A DNA stretch of 64,000 bases from Raja brachyura (taxonomy: Eukaryota). The position numbers were made by a program, and so were the translations under genes. This document shows positions 39,001-51,883 of this stretch, piece after piece. The notes under the pieces are model-generated. The model did no database searches. It was given only the letters and a program-made list of their open reading frames with translations, and was not told where the DNA came from. The DNA is taken from NCBI GenBank assembly GCA_963514005.1, contig OY740782.1, forward strand, positions 71,424,001 through 71,488,000, read 5' to 3'. The stretch's first letter is position 1, and every line of letters begins with the position of its first letter.

Positions 39001-42000
39001 TCCCCTTGTTTTCTGCTTGTCTTCCTGGTAGATAGTGAGATGCTCAGCCACCAACCTGCAATACACCTTTATTAACCAATACAAGATTTGCTCCACACAA
39101 AGCCATTAGTAATCCTGTCCACAAGTGTTAGCGGAATATGAGTGCCATGAGTATCTAACCAATTTTAACCAGAGGCTGGGTCGAGAGTATATTCGGATTA
39201 AAAGCCAAATTTCTCCAACAGAATTCAGCTGTTCTAATGCATTAATAGAGCTAAGTAGTATTTATTCTGCCTGTAATGTTGAATCCAAGAAATTAGAATT
39301 AAGTTAGAAATCCCTGAGATGTCAAATATTGGCTATTTCAAAATAATGAGCAGTAATTTCATTGGCAGAAATTCACTTTCCCCTCTCTCTCCCTCGTTTT
39401 CCAGTACTGCATGTCGAGAGTTCACTGTTACAACTACTTTCTTATTATCATTGAATGCTTTCTGATTGACCTATAGCTGTAATAGTCAAGTTTTGACAGG
39501 CAGACACTGCAAGGTTGTCTGGTTAATCCAGACAATCTGCAGACTGAAGAAGAAGGGCTTGTCTAGGAACAGTCCTCTGAGCTATACCCAGTGCCTGCAG
39601 GAAGATATTGTCAGTCTATAGGACAAGGAGTTATTTCAAAGGTCACTGTCTGAGACAGAAAGTGTCAGAGAGTCAAGGATTTCAAGAAGAAACTGGATAA
39701 TAGAGAATCATTTACAAAGGCAGAACAAAATCTGGGTAGGTAGCAAGAAATTAGGAAGAAGGAATAGGCCAAAACAAAATAAATTAATGGCATTAGTATA
39801 TGGTATCTATTTTTACAATTTTAAATGATCCAGCGGTTTTATTTCTTCTCTTATAATGGATCTTATTCTTCGCAAGGCAGAAAATCTGTTATTTTTGTTA
39901 TGCAGATTAATGGATCTATTTGTGCAGTTAACTCATTTAAAATAAATGGCTGTGTTAAATACTACACGTTAACATTTAGTACATCCTTATTACACTGGAA
40001 TTTCATTTATTCTATTTCAACTTTGGGAAATAAAGGTAGGTTTTAATTTATTAACTGCAATGACCATTAGCAGCATGTTTTAAAATTAAATCAAAGATTA
40101 TCTTCAAATATGGCACACACATAGCAATTTTCAACATTGAGAATAGTTTTTGGAGAAAAATGCAGTTAATACTCTGAATAATATTTTGCATTCATTTTAT
40201 TTTCTTAGATGCACTGACACCATCTCCGCACTGTGATTTCAAAGGATGAACTTGTTTAAAAAGGTAGTGATTCTATTCACATGGCAATGATTCTTACAAT
40301 TTTACAAATAGAGGAGACTACAGCAAACAAAGAGGCTCAGTGTGTTGATATAAATTGCTTGATAGCTATCAGATAATTTATAGTCTGCTCCAAGACGATC
40401 CCTTCCTTGAGATGTTCTCATTGTTATTTTAATTGATGTTGTGATGCTCATTCCCTATTCTCCCTCAGTTTATTTGTTCTTCTCATTATGGTTATATGAT
40501 TATGGAAACCTCCAGACTGTGAATGTCATCTGCCTATGGTGGCAGCTCAGCATAATGCTGCACGGCATTTGACAATGTGCTGGTGGACATACACACCTGG
40601 CCCAGTTTAGTGAGATGATGGCCTGGAATTTCTCTTTGTGCTTTGTGATCTAAATCTTCCTAATGTAAGAAATCAATGGACAGCCATTAAACATAATGAA
40701 AAGGGATCTGCCTCTCTCCATCTTTGTGAAAGATGGAAACAACCAAATAAAGAGAGGGGAATAAGAAGGATATAAAAACAACAGAAAGGGAAAAGAGAAA
40801 GGCGAAGGAGTTTGTTATCAGTCCTGAATAATGGTCTGGATATAAAAAGAGAAGTGATATGTGGTGCTATGGACTTGGTAAAATAAATAATGTCAGGAAT
40901 TCAAATTAGATAGAGAATAGAGGATAAAAATGTGTGTGATATATTATTAGATTATTTGCCTTTCTTTAAAGAATAATTATAGTGACAAAGATCAACTTGT
41001 GAGAAGCTTTTCAAAACCAATCATCTATGCAGTGAGCGGAAAAAAAAATGGGCTGAAACTGTAATTAATGAAGAGATATCAACCTTCCCTTCGCTACATC
41101 AGCAGTGAAGCTGGGAAAAGGCAGACATGGGCTGGAAATAAATTGTCACAAGGAGAGACGGAGGCAGGCAGAACCAGAAGCTAATTGGTTCCAGTTTAAA
41201 ATAAACAGTCATAAAGCCTGAAGGCTCCTGCGTGGTTAAAGTAATGAAATGTTGACACTTTCTACCACTGAATATACATTTTTTAATAAAAAAACATGCA
41301 CACCCAACCATTCATGGAAAATATTCCCATATTACTGTTGTTTTTGAATTAGCAGCATCGCTTTTACACTTGACAATTAAGTGCAACCTGATGTATAGAC
41401 ACAGCATCGTCCTGTTAATGTTAACTCAAGAATTTGAGCAGTGTCACGTAGTGAAAACACTGAGGAAAACCCAGTTGTGCGTGATTAAAGCAAAGAATTT
41501 CAGAGCCAGCTAATTATTACACCCAATCACAGGGAAGAATGGTATAAAGGACATGTTCATTTACACTTAATGTCACCTGTAGAGGGTGATGAATATATAA
41601 AGGATAAAGTCCTTTCCATAAGGAAAACATTGTGTGGCAATGGTTGATGTGTAGAATTCCCTCACAGCTTTAAGCAGCAGCTAAGACACTACTGCCCCCT
41701 GTCGACATGTTCTACACACTGAGGAATGCAAAGGCTCACAGCACATGGAACCGTGCTTTGCTCTCTTCACAAGACACTTTGGCGACTGACCTTGGCAATT
41801 AAAATATAAAATATCAAAGCTGTGCATCAAGTCCTTCTAAGGAAATGTGATACCAGGGAAACTTGGTGACATGAAAAAATGCTATCTACATTAGCAGAGT
41901 TCTATTGGGGAAAAAAAACTTTCTGGGGATTGAGATGGACAGACAATGTAGATAACATTGATAAGCAGCTGATGTTGATGTCTAATTTCTCTGCATTAAC

Positions 42001-44417
42001 TGCCTATCAAAACTCTAATGTTAAAACAAATGACGGTACTAAACGCTGGTCATATAAATTTCAGAACAATTTGCTGATATTTCAATGATGCTTCACCAAA
42101 GCTGTAATATATCATTAACTAATATTTTTTTTACAAATTTGTGCTTTAGATTTTGGCTTATGATGAGGTTGTCGGAAACCTGTCAATATCTATTTCACTA
42201 CTAATCTTAGCAAGGGTACTATTGGAAAATAAACTTATCTCTATTAATAACAAAAAAAGTGCTGGTTTATTTCCCCATGATATTCAAAACTGGAATCAGT
42301 CATCTCAAAATCAATATCTATATATATGGGCATGATGCCAAGCACCCACCAACTCTTGCGATGATGATATATAAAGTCTTTAATTTGTGAGACAGGCTGA
42401 AGAAAGTATATTGGACAAAAACACACAAGAGAAGGAGATGATGACAGCACCATGTCCTCAATTATCCGCACGAGAAATAGGAGAAGTTTTTTATTTATAT
42501 TCATAAAATATTTCATAATTACCTACCACAGGGGCCAACCAATTTTTGTTTTAACATTTCAGCTAAATGTTTTAGTGCTTGAAAAATAGGCATGACTAAA
42601 ATGCTGGGTGTAATTGACTCGATTTCAAAGGAAATCAGTCAATCTATCCAAAAGAAGTTGGTGGAAGTAATTTGGCCAGGGGAAACAAATCCAGGTGAAC
42701 GTTCCAGAGTGCAGTACACTCGATCATTTGAAAGGTAAAGGAAATGTTTCTGATTCCATCAGTAATGGTTAGCTCTCACTCCCACAAGTGCTTGCCAGCA
42801 CTGCTTGGCTATAATTATTTTGCAGCTTAGCCATTTTGTAGCTTCCAATATGGTTATTTTTAGGTCTATTTTAGACATATTAAATCAACACCTGTGACCA
42901 ATAGTGAAATGTTGCATTGGAAGCGTACCTGGGGTTAACTTGAATTTTAAGTAGGCTTTTTTAGAAACAGTAGCCAGTTATTAAAATATGTTCCATTTAT
43001 TAAAACGTATCTTAGGACATTGGCAGGAACCAGCACACTCGGATTTGTCAATTACGGTATTCAACAGAAAGCAAAATAAAACAACTATTTTAAGGTGCAT
43101 TAAACAGTTGGTCTTAAATGAGAAAGTGAGAGGAATTAAAATTGTTTGCAGTGTAAATCACTGGTGCTCTGTACATATGATGACAAGATGACTTTGTAAG
43201 CACTCTCTGGAACAGGCAATTGTATGAGTCAGGAAATTTCATGAATATGTGGATTATTCCAGGTTTATGTTGATGTTAAATTTAAATTTGTAGTTTTTCA
43301 GGTCATTGGGCTGTTGCCACTTGATTCCCTTTTTGTTTAGTTAACACATTGTTTTGCTCTTTGGTTCTGAGCTGCATTATATGCTTCCCAGCTGCATCAC
43401 AGTTAACCACGATCCAACTTACCCACGTCAATAAAGAAAACAGTGTGCTCAAAAATAATGTTAATTCCTGATAAATCCTCATTAAACAAACAAACCCTGA
43501 ACTGTAAAACTCATCTGCAAATTTTGAGATAATATATTGACCAGGAAAGCTGTTATCAATATATTTGTATTACTTGGTTACAGAGGTTTACTAATTCATT
43601 TCAATATCTAACTGTAATTAACCATAACTAATACACATCCATGATTCCTATCAGGAAAACTAAAAATGTGCATTTGCTGTTATCAATTGTGACTGTTGAC
43701 CTTTGGGTACAAGTGGTAGCTCCACACCAGAGAGGTTTGAGATGGGCCACTCTCCTTGGTAATCACAATTTAGAATCACTGATGTCAATGTTTTTGCAAT
43801 GTGATCTGCTCTTGACTACTTTTATTCAAACTATTAAAAAATGCATTTTAATGCAAAGATTTAGTTTGTGAAGGTTCAGGGCAGCCAAATGCCATTGTGG
43901 TTTTACAAATGCTTGATGTTCTAAATTAATCAACAAACTGAAACTGTCTTGTTTCCTCACCTCTGCAGGAAGAGTAGGTCAGAATAAGACTTTGCAAATG
44001 TGTTTAAGTTTCAGAGTCTACAGAAAATGAGATAGAAGCAGGATATCTTTTATGAGTTACAATAAATCACAGCCCACCACATTTCAAAAAGTATAGAACT
44101 GAAAGGGAACTTATTTAATGATTTAGCATCAGCTGACATCAATTTGAATAATTCAAATTTTCAGAGGTAAAAAAATGAGGATAATTTACTTTACATTTCG
44201 TCTGATGCAGTTACATTAAACAATTATTAATGAATTGTATTTAGGTAGACAAATATTATGGTTAGTTCAGCAGGTTTGCAATAGTCACATTTTAATTGAA
44301 GATATTGTTGTGCCATTGCTGATAAGAACATCCAGCATTTTATGTCCATTGAGAAGCCAGTCTTTGACTTTCAGTAATTTTAAGAAAATATGACAATATT
44401 TGAAAAAATCAGCTTTC

Positions 44418-44705
44418 ATAGAAACATAGAAAAATAGGTGCTGGAGTAGGCCATTCAGCCCTTCGAGCCAGCACCGCCATTCAATATAATCATGGCTGAT
44501 CATCTAAAATCAGTACCCCGTTCCTACTTTTTCCCCATATTCCTTGATTCCTTTAGCCCTAAGACTCTAAATATAACTCTCTCTTGAATACATCAAGTGA
44601 TTTGTCCTCCACTGCCTTCTATGGCAGAGAATTCCACAGATTCACAACTCTCTAGGTGACATTTTTTTCTCATGTCCATAATGGCCTACCCCTTATTCTT
44701 AAACT
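44418..44705 (-). mobile_element. CR1 3' fragment
   Basis: Reverse complement of a CR1 3'UTR with (TTTCTATG)n tail. Confidence 0.85.
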
Positions 44706-46565
44706 GCAGTTTCAAATGCTTAACATTGTGTAATGCTACTGAATACTCTTATTATCAGTCGCTGAAACTCCCTTATATAAGAAAAGTCCCAACCTGAAAC
44801 ATTTTCGATTGCCATCCACAGATGCTGCCTGAACTGCTGAGCTCCTCCAGCAACGTTTGCTCACAATTCGGCTCATGTCAAGCCTGTTGGGTACGAAGGG
44901 TGGGAAGTGGTGTGGGGATGAACAATAGGAAGCACAATAGTTGAGTGAAATATACAGCTGATGTTTTTTTTAGAGCTATGAAGGATCCTTCATGTTCCAC
45001 AACAAATAAAACAGCTAATTTTCAAGAGTTTCCTCATCTAAATAAATTTAGAAAAATTGGATTTAAACAGAAATCTCATTTCAACCTTAAAATGTTGCCG
45101 CCATTTTATATCAGGACAAGGAGTAGCTTCACAGAAGCTTTGAACGATTTAGTAATAGTGCCAAACAGATTGCGAATTAGTTACATTTGTTACTTTTGAC
45201 GTTATTTCGCACCCATAAAATGTTCTATAGATATTGAATTTGGACTATAGTATTACACATAGAATAACAATTGAACCAAAAGGGGAGCTTCAGTGAGATC
45301 TTTAGGAGATTTGAGCTGATTCATTTTATAAAGTTTAGGAATATTCATGTGTGCTATTTTCCAGTGTGAAAAAGGCATAAACTATCATCCTATTGTTGTG
45401 TCGGAAAGTTTTCAAGAAGTACAAATGTATTATTTCCAGTTCTAAAAGAGGCCTCGTGGGCTTGTTTATGTAAAATATTTCTACCACATGGCAGACTGTG
45501 AAATTAATAATAGCACCTTTACTCACAGCTACCTCTAACTGGATCCCATCACAATACAATTACAAATAATTTTCAACTCTTTATGGGAAAGGTAGAATGT
45601 GATAAGAAATTAGTACAAGCTCCTAAGTTTGAGGCGTATCAAAATCCACCCAGATTAGAAACAGATTAGTTTGCAGAGCCACTGAGAAATAGCTTGTTCT
45701 ATGGACACCCCTAACAGCAAGTTCCCATTGAGGTGCATGTATTGCTCTCAATGCCCACCGGGAATGGCTACATTTATAGTCTCGCTGCACTGCAATCAAA
45801 TGCCTTTTCCCAGTTTGATTGCTTGTTACCATAGGTTACCATGGTCACATTACTACAAATGGAATGTTTGGCACTTTGCTGGTAGAGCTTTTCTTTTACA
45901 ATGCAGCAGTGAGAAGTAAAGTATCAGATGTGGGATATCAAAGCAAAGACAGGATGCAACAATCCCAAGGCAATTTTTTTGAGATGATTAATCCTCATCT
46001 TCACTTTGAGTACGGTAAAATCTCATGTGTTTTTTTTTGCTGTGAGATTTGTCTAGCAAACATAAATGCCTAAAGCAAGAACAGAAAATGCTGGAAACAG
46101 TCAGCAACTCAGGTAGCGTTGTGGAAAGAGAAATAGAGGAAACAAGTTACCTTTCGCTCTTCCACAGTTTTGACAAAATGTCGTCGACTTGAAGTATTAA
46201 CACTGCTTGGCTTGCTATAGATGCCGTCTGACCTTCTGAGTGTTTCCACCATTTTCCACTTCCAATTCAAATTTCAAATATGTGCATTGTTTCTTTTACT
46301 TCCAAATCCAAGTTCCCATAGTGCTCACAAAGTCAAAATCAGGGTCAGTCTCACTCCAAGAAACATGGCTTCAAGATCTATATAGGCCATCTCTGGGAAA
46401 AACATTTGCACCCTTCCATTTTTGAGAAAATATATAATCCAAGTATGATGTCATCCTGCTAAAGCCCGTTGGGTGTGACAACTAGGATTCCAATTTGCAT
46501 CAGACTAATTGAAGTTTGTTTGGTGGAGCATTGTGGAGGCATTCTATCTCTGGGAGCAAGACTTA

Positions 46566-47270
46566 AGGGCCTGTCCCACCAGCATGCAACTCTATGCGAC
46601 GAACGCGATCAAACTAGAAGCGGGGGCCGCGCGGAGGTCGGGTGATCCCCTGTACAGGGCCGTTCCCACCAGCATGTGCCTGCATGCAGCAAGCGCAACC
46701 AAACCGGCAGTAGGGGCCGCGCGGAGGTCGGGTGAGTGGCGCAACGCGGCGCAAAGTGAGGCGAACTTGGAGCGAAGTCTAAGGTAAGTTCGCCAGGACA
46801 GAGAGGGGCACACAGAGAGGGGCACCGAGGCACACACACACACAGGGCCACGGAGCCACACACATAGAGGGTCACAGAGGCACTTACATAGAAACATAGA
46901 AACATAGAAAATAGGTGCAGGAGTAGGCCATTCGGCCCTTCGAGCCTGCACCGCCATTCAATGTGATCATGGCTGATCATCCAACTCAGATCCAACCAAT
47001 TACAAATAGGTTCACGGAGGCACGATGTCGGGGTGGTGTGTAAATGTCGAGGCGACTGCAAGCCGACAAGCCGTTGCCGCTCGGAATTTTTGGACATAGT
47101 CAGTTTTTCGGAGCCCCGCGCGGTGTCGGGACGAACTCGGGACGAACTCCGTACAATTCCGCACGGCTCTGGCGATCGAGGTGGGACCGGTCCCGCGACG
47201 CCGGACGGCTCAAGCGACCACGTTAGGTCGCGCTAATCGCATAGAGTTGCATGCTGGTGGGACAGGCCCT
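46566..47270. mobile_element. PIF/Harbinger-type MITE containing a CR1 3' tail (46886-46990, minus)
   Basis: Perfect 34-bp TIR AGGGCCTGTCCCACCAGCATGCAACTCTATGCGA with TTA TSD (46563-65, 47271-73). Confidence 0.92.
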
Positions 47271-48104
47271 TTATGTGTCTGGCCCTGTTCATTTTGAGTC
47301 AACATAATTAAAACCCATTTCTTTTGCAGATGGGTAACATCAGTCATGATTCAGATCAATGGGGGCGTAATTCTCATCAGAAACAAAGGTTAGTTGCTGC
47401 ACAGTCTCTGATATTAGCCAGGAGGGCTGGATAATAGAACAACAGAGTGAGGATACACCATTTTTTAAAATTAATGGATAGGGGCATCTTTAGGCCAAAT
47501 TCCAGTACAGAAAAAGCTCCAGAACATTTTGGAACAGTTACAGTAGATTACAGTAGCTCTCATTCTTATATCCTCAGTCATGTTATAGAATTTGTATCCC
47601 TTTAAAACTTTACTACGTTGCACCAAGATCAACATCCATATTTCATGTGGTTGATGCTAAAAATGAACAGAGAGTTTTCCCAATGTCCTTGCCAATATTT
47701 CTAACTTAACCAGAAGGAAGACATTTTAACTGGACTTTTATTTCATTACTCTTTATGGGATGTTCTTGTCTGGTGCATTTGGCAATAAATCTCTCAGGGT
47801 TAGTCTTGAATGGAGCATTAACAATATTTCTAAAATGATTCAAAAAAACAGAAGATGTAGAGAAATATTAATGACTTGAAACATATGCAAGAAAGAAAAG
47901 CAGCAGACACCAAAATATTTCTGGGCAAAGAAAATGTAAAGAGAGTCATCCAATAAAATAGTCATCTGGCCAAAGCAAACAATAACCAAACACATTAATT
48001 TTGTGGGTCAGGGTACAGCAGAGAGGAGATTTCATTCTGTTCTGGCCCTCCTGTATTAGCAATTCTCTGAAGAGAGAGGAAAGGAAAGGATATAAACTTT
48101 TAAA

Positions 48105-49940
48105 TACATCGACTCACTCCGCAATAACCCAGACTGGGTTATCAAACCCGCCACCAAGGGAGGTGCCGTGGTAGTCTTGCGTGTCGATCTCTACAAAGCT
48201 GAGGCCACGCACCAACTCTCGGACACCTCCTCCTACTTACCCTTGGACCATTACCACTGACGAGCACCAGGCTACCATCTCTAGCACCATCGCCGACTTC
48301 ATCAACTCCGGCTCCCTGCCCCTCCGAGCCTCCAACCTCATCGTTCCCCAGCCCCGCATGGCCCGATTTTACCTTCTCCCCAAAATCCACAAACCTGACT
48401 GCCCCGGGAGACTCATTGTCTCTGCCTGTTCATGCCCCACCTAACTCATTTCCACATAGCTTGACTCCATCCTATCCCGCTTGGTTAAATCCCTCCCCAC
48501 CTATGTTCAAGACACTCTCCAACGTCTCCGCGCATTCCGTTGTCCAGACCCCCATCCTCTCATCTTCACCATGGACGTCCAATCACTCTACACCTCCATC
48601 CATCACCAAGATGGTCTCAAAGCCCTCCGGTTCTTCCTCGACCGGAGGAGCAACCCATACCTGCTCACTGATACTCTCCTCCGCCTTGCGGAGTTGGTCC
48701 TTACCCTCAATAACTTCTCTTTTGACTCCTCCCATTTCCTCCAAATACAAGGCATAGCTATGGGTACACGCATGGGCCCCAGCTACGCCTGCCTCTTTGT
48801 CAGGTACGTCAAACAATCCTTGTTCGTGGCGTACCAGTGCCCCATCCCCGACCTCTACCTCCGTTACACCGACGACTGCTTTGGTGTCACCTCCTGCACC
48901 CACACACAACTGACTGACTTCATCCATTTCACCACCAACTTCCATCCGGCACTCAAATACACCTGGACTATTTCCGACACTTCCCTACAATTCCTTGACT
49001 TCACTATTTCCATCGCAGGTGATACACTCCTGACCGACATGCACTATAAACCCACTGACTCCCACGACTACCTGGACTACTCTTCCTCCCACCCTGCTTC
49101 CTGTAAGGACTCCATCCCCTATTCCCAATTCCTCCGTCTACGCCGCATCTGCTCACAGGATGAGGTGTTCCACACCAGGGCATCACAAATGTCCTCATTC
49201 TTCAGAGAACGGGGATTCCCCCACTACAGTTGAGGCTTGCACCAGGGTCTCCTCCGTATCCCATAACACTGCCCTCTGTCTCCATCCCCCCACTCGCAAC
49301 TACCTTGTCAACTCTTCCCTTCCCGCCCGCTCCACCCCTTCCCCAGGCACTTTCCCTTGCAACCACAAGAGATGCTACACTTGTCGCTTTACCTCCCCTC
49401 TCCACTCCATTCAAGGACCCAAGCAGTCGTTCTAGGTCCGACAGAGGCTCACCTGCACCTCCTCCAGCCTCATCTATTGCATCCGCTGCTCTAGATGTCA
49501 ACTGATTTATATCGGTGAGACCAAGCGGAGGCTTGGCGATCGTTTCGCCGAACACCTCCGCTCGGTCCGTAATAACCAACCCGACCTCCTGGTTGCTCAG
49601 CACTTCAACTCCCCCTCCCATTCCGTATCCGACCTCTCTGTCCTGGGCCTCCTCCACGGCCAGATTGAGCAACACCGCAAATTGGAGGAACAGCACCTCA
49701 TATTCTGCTTGGGGAATCTGCATCCTCTTGGCATGAACATTGAATTCTCTCAATTCTGTTAACCCTTACTGTCTCCTCCCCTTCCTACAACTCCCTCAGC
49801 CCTCAGGCTTCTCCTCCTCCTGTTTCCTTTCTTCTCCCCGCCTCCCCCCACCCCCTATCAGTCTGAAGAAGGGTTTTGGACCGAAACATTGCCTATCTCC
49901 TTCGCTGCACCCGCTGAATTTCTCCAGCATTTTGTGTACC
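48105..49940 (+). mobile_element. Penelope-like retroelement, 5'-truncated (RT + GIY-YIG endonuclease pseudogene + terminal repeat)
   Basis: FYLLPKIHK, MDVQSLYTSI, GIAMGTRMGPSYA and RYTDD, then CYTC, LIYCIRC...YIGETKRRLGDRFAEH and GMNIEF, with several stops and frameshifts. Confidence 0.95.
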
Positions 49941-50489
49941 AAGGATATAAACTTGTTGCATCAGGTCTTTGCCATCATTTATGTTATAAAATTTGCATCC
50001 TTTAAATTGTTCATCGAGTGGGAGGCAGCTTTTCTTGAAAGATCCCGAGTCTACATCACCAATGGGAAGCTTTATTACTGGAATCCAGCAGGGCCCATGT
50101 TCTCCACGTCTTCTACTGATTGTATTCAGTTTAGATCATGCCTTAAGCAGTTGGTAGCCCCCTCACAGTGTGCCTCTGAGTTCCAGATTCAAATTACACT
50201 CCAGGGACTTGAACCCAGCAATGTAGGCAGGGTTTCCAGTGCAATGCCAGGGAATGGCAGTCTTCTCAGATCTGCTCTCCTTTGGATTAAACATGAAACC
50301 AAGGCCCTGCAGGCTGCCTTGGGTAGATGTAAAAGACGGTGATGCTAGTTAAAAGGTGGGTGAGTTATTTTCAGTTCCCCAGCCTACAGTTATACATCAG
50401 TACCCTCACTGGAAGAAGAATTTCTGCTAATCATCACATCTTGCACTTTGGAAGGGTGTTAACCTGCTTTCTGCTTTGCAATAGTGAAA

Positions 50490-51325
50490 AAGAAAATACT
50501 TGAGGAACTCAATAGGCCAGCCAGCATCTGTGGGAGGGAAATGGACAGATGATCCTTCAGGTTAGGACCCTTCCTCAGACTAATGGAGTAGGAGGAAGAA
50601 AGCTGGAAGAGAGGGGTAGAGGTCAGACAATGATTGGTAAGTGATCAATGGATAATGGGGGGGGTTAATTGGCAGATTAGTTTAGTTGATTCTTGACTCT
50701 TGAAACATACTCTTTGGCCCACCGAGGCTGCACAGACCAGCAATCTATATGTATTAACACTATCCTACACACACTGGGGACAATTTACACTTATACCAAG
50801 CCTATTTGCCTGCATACCTGTATGTCTTTGGAGTGTGGGAGGAAACTGAAGTTCTCCGAGAAAATCCACGCGGTCATGGGAAGAACATATAAACCCCGTA
50901 CAGACAGCACCCGTAGTCGGGATCAAATCCAGATCTCCAACGCTGCAAGCATTGTTATGCAACAACTCTACTGCTGCGCCACCGTGCCGCCCTTGTGGAT
51001 GATTGCAGACAAAAGTTAGACGTGAAAAGTAGTCAAAAGCGTGTCAAAGAAGGAAACAAAAAGGAGTGACATGTAAAGCCAGAGGAAAAGTATATGTGGA
51101 ATGGAATACGGAGAGGGGATAGGAAAGTAGGGAGATAAAAGGTAATCCGGTGATTCAAAGGGACGGGTGGAAGATAACAATATAAATGAGGAAAAAGGAA
51201 TGGGGTGACGCAGATGGTGGTAGAAATGTGGGCAGGAAGGGAAGGAGGGCATTACTTGAAATTGGAGAATTCAATATTCATACCATTGGATTGGAAGCTA
51301 TCCAGACTGAAGATGAGGTGATGGA
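50490..51325 (-). mobile_element. Degraded Penelope-like 3' fragment interrupted by a V-SINE (50676-50993, minus)
   Basis: Terminal-repeat remnant at 50.5 kb and LQSNGMNIEFSNFK remnant at 51.25-51.3 kb, with a SINE head GGCGGCACGGTGGCGCAGC at ~50990. Confidence 0.7.
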
Positions 51326-51883
51326 AAACATAAGATGACATTCTGGACTATGACAGAGAGAGAATTCAGTGAGGTATAGATAATGAACAAGGACATGGAA
51401 TATAATGTGAAACAGGATTGGATTTAGATTTATTGTTGTCATGTTTACTTAGTTACAGTGAAAAGTTTTGATTTGCATGTCATCCACTCAGACCAGATAA
51501 TACTATACATAAATACAATCATGTCAATCTCAAGTACAATAGGTAGAGCAAAGGGGAAAGTACATAGTGCAGAGTATAGTTCTCAGCAATTGTAGTTCAA
51601 CAGTTCCATAGACAAAATCCAATGTCCACAATGGGGTGGAGGTGAATTGGACAGTACCCTAGCTTATGGAAGGACCATTCAGACGCCTGATGAAGTGATT
51701 AGCTGTTTCATTTCGGAGTCACGTGAGTGACTTCGTGAAGAGCCCGCCGGCGCGCATGCTCGACATATCGTCGTAACGCGTTGCTGCGACGGCTGGCGGT
51801 GGAGCGCGCTCCTCGCCAGCCCTTCATAAGGGGCCACGGAGGTGAGTATTCTACCTTTAGTTGGTGGTCCTTGTTGTCTGATT

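Noticed and set aside
49740-50342. 200-aa ORF after the Penelope element
   Set aside because: Runs through the terminal repeat and degraded repeat sequence, with a non-ATG start and no motifs.
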